Shown here piece by piece: positions 62,149-64,000 of a stretch of 64,000 nucleotides of DNA. This stretch comes from Squalus acanthias (lineage: Eukaryota). The notes under the pieces are model-generated. The model was not told the DNA's origin. It was given only the letters and a program-made list of their open reading frames with translations, and ran no database searches. Numbering within the stretch: the stretch's first letter is position 1; every line of letters begins with the position of its first letter. The stretch is from NCBI GenBank assembly GCA_030390025.1, contig CM059440.1, positions 33,232,001-33,296,000 of the forward strand, read 5' to 3'. The position numbers and the translations under genes are program-made.

Positions 62149-63907
62149 GGCCGGAATTTTACGGGTGCTGAGAGACGGGACTGGAGGCGGGTCAGCAGTG
62201 AAATTTGAAATGATTGACAGCATGTAGGGAACCCACTGTCAACCCGCCTCCATGTGAGTCTCCCAGATGTTGGGTCTGTCAGCGCTGAACAGACCCGTCA
62301 CCAAGTGGCGGGGGAGGCAATTTAGATCATTAGCTGGATTGTTAAGAGGCAATTAAGTATCATTTTAAGCTTGCCTTCAGATTTTTAGAGTTCGCCAACA
62401 GCTTCCCCGCTGCTCGGGGATCATGTCAGATAAGGAGATCGGGTGTTGTGTCAGCATGGGATGATTTACTAACTTGACAGCTGCAAATAGTCTATGAAAG
62501 CTTCCATTTCATAAGTCTTCACTTTCCAAGCTCAGAAGCTGTTGCTTACTGCATTTAGAAGACAGATTGAGCTTCATGCAGCTAGCAAGTGTTTGGAGCA
62601 AACTCTCTATCTAGTATCACCTCATTGGAACAACCTCTCTCAACATTGACAGATTGCTTCTGTCATCTCAACCTCACCTGCCATCTATTTTATCAGCATC
62701 GGTGCCCTTGAAAAAATCTCACCTTGGTCCTCAGAATCCCACCACGATCAGCCCCAACACCAGCATCACCGGGTACACCAACAGCACCAACATCCACACC
62801 AACCTTCTCCGCAATCAACTGATGCTGCGCAGGACAGAGGCCATCAGCGCCCGACCACATTGTTGCCAGGGACACCAGGGATGGCCTCACCATGGCCAGA
62901 TTTACTTCACTTGACGCTATACACCCTGGCTGCCACATGATGCGCCACCCCACACCAACACCATAAAGTATCCCTACAGTGTCCAAGCCATTCCTTTCAC
63001 ACTCATCACCATTGTGGGGGTACCGTTATGTCTCACTATTCACTGCAACTCACTAAGCCACTTCCAAAGGTGCACACAAATCTGTCCAAGAACGCAAAGT
63101 GTTGAAAATAAAGATTTCAAAGTTTGACATCACATTAACAGAAACGTCACATGAACATTGGCTAAAACACCCAAGTGCCTACCCTTGTGTGTTGTTAGTT
63201 GGTATGATTGGACTAGAATGAGGGTGAGTGTGAGGGGTGGCTAGTGAGATGGGGAAGTGTGATGTAGATAGAGAGGGATGGGTGGAGGTGCAAGATAAGT
63301 TGGTGTGAGTAAGGATGTGCAGGAGTAGGGTAGGGAAGGCAGAGTGATGGGGATGAGATGAGTGGCACAGCAGGATGAGGTTGAGTGTGGCTTTGCAGTA
63401 ATGTTTCATGATCTGCTGTGATCATTGAAAGTTTGGCAGCCTGGTCCTCCTGACGACATCCCTGCATGTGTCCTCCTGTGCAATGTGCAACCAGGCCGCG
63501 TGGGTCTCCTGGGGAGGTCCCTTTCGCCCATTGGAAGGGAAGAGAACCTCCCTGCGTGCTGTGACTCCCTCCATAAGCATATGGAGGGAGTCATGGGAGA
63601 GCCTGGGTGCAGCCGTGCACCTCTGTGCAGTGCTTGTCAGTGGTTGCAGCGCCTCAATGCTGTAGAACACTGACAGCACAAACGTCAAAATCAATTTGGA
63701 CATGGCCCCTTTAAGGAAACCAGCTGATTGCGCATGATCAAATGACATCATCAGACCCGCTTGCTTTTAATTGGCTGGGAACTTTGCTGGGCAGGCTTAA
63801 CAAGTCCAATCATCGTAAAATCACTTCAACAGAGTGGGATGGAGCAGGCAGCGGGCTGGGACCGCGCTACCGACCACGGACCCGCCTCAGTAGTCGAAAT
63901 CGTGGCC
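62149..63907. mobile_element. Non-autonomous Harbinger derivative (~1.76 kb), inverted relative to 18201-19937
   Basis: Ends GGCCGGAATTTT / GAAATCGTGGCC; flanks GAT/AAT inside CR1 (gagaa-GAT-gtttcc). Confidence 0.9.
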
Positions 63908-64000
63908 AATGTTTCCACCTGTGGGGGAGTCCAAAACTAGTGGTCATAAGTATAAGATAGTCACTAATAAATCCAATAAGGAATTCAGGAGAAACTTCTT

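Larger units (their letters stand above)
58728..64000 (+). mobile_element. CR1 fragment split into four pieces by later insertions
   Basis: Pieces 58728-58808, 59703-59968, 62023-62148 and 63911-64000 read consecutively along CR1 ORF2. Confidence 0.8.

Noticed and set aside
1-64000. Immunoglobulin or T-cell receptor segments with recombination signal sequences
   Set aside because: No properly spaced heptamer-nonamer pair or FGxG/WGxG J motif was noticed next to the candidate short exons.

Overview
Repeat-dense vertebrate DNA, most likely a cartilaginous fish (shark); this is inferred from the mix of repeat families. No host gene can be named, and only a few unverified candidate short exons are seen. 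The window is a nested transposon landscape. (1) Two full-length two-gene PIF/Harbinger DNA transposons: a decayed one at 11401-15656 (TSD CCT) and a near-intact one at 43608-47920 (TSD TTA; intact 386-aa DDE transposase; 3-exon Myb/SANT gene with a single 1-nt frameshift). (2) More than ten non-autonomous Harbinger derivatives, several keeping both promoters but not the coding core. (3) Penelope-like remnants with minimal hammerhead ribozyme cores and 14-bp TSDs. (4) A solo LTR with a 4-bp TSD and possibly foamy-like termini. (5) Many CR1, CR1/Zenon-like and L2 LINE fragments, Deu-type tRNA SINEs and LF-SINE-like copies. (6) Minisatellites born inside transposons, and a CT microsatellite spanning an N gap. 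Family names come from recalled consensus motifs, not from database searches. LINE/SINE boundaries are approximate.
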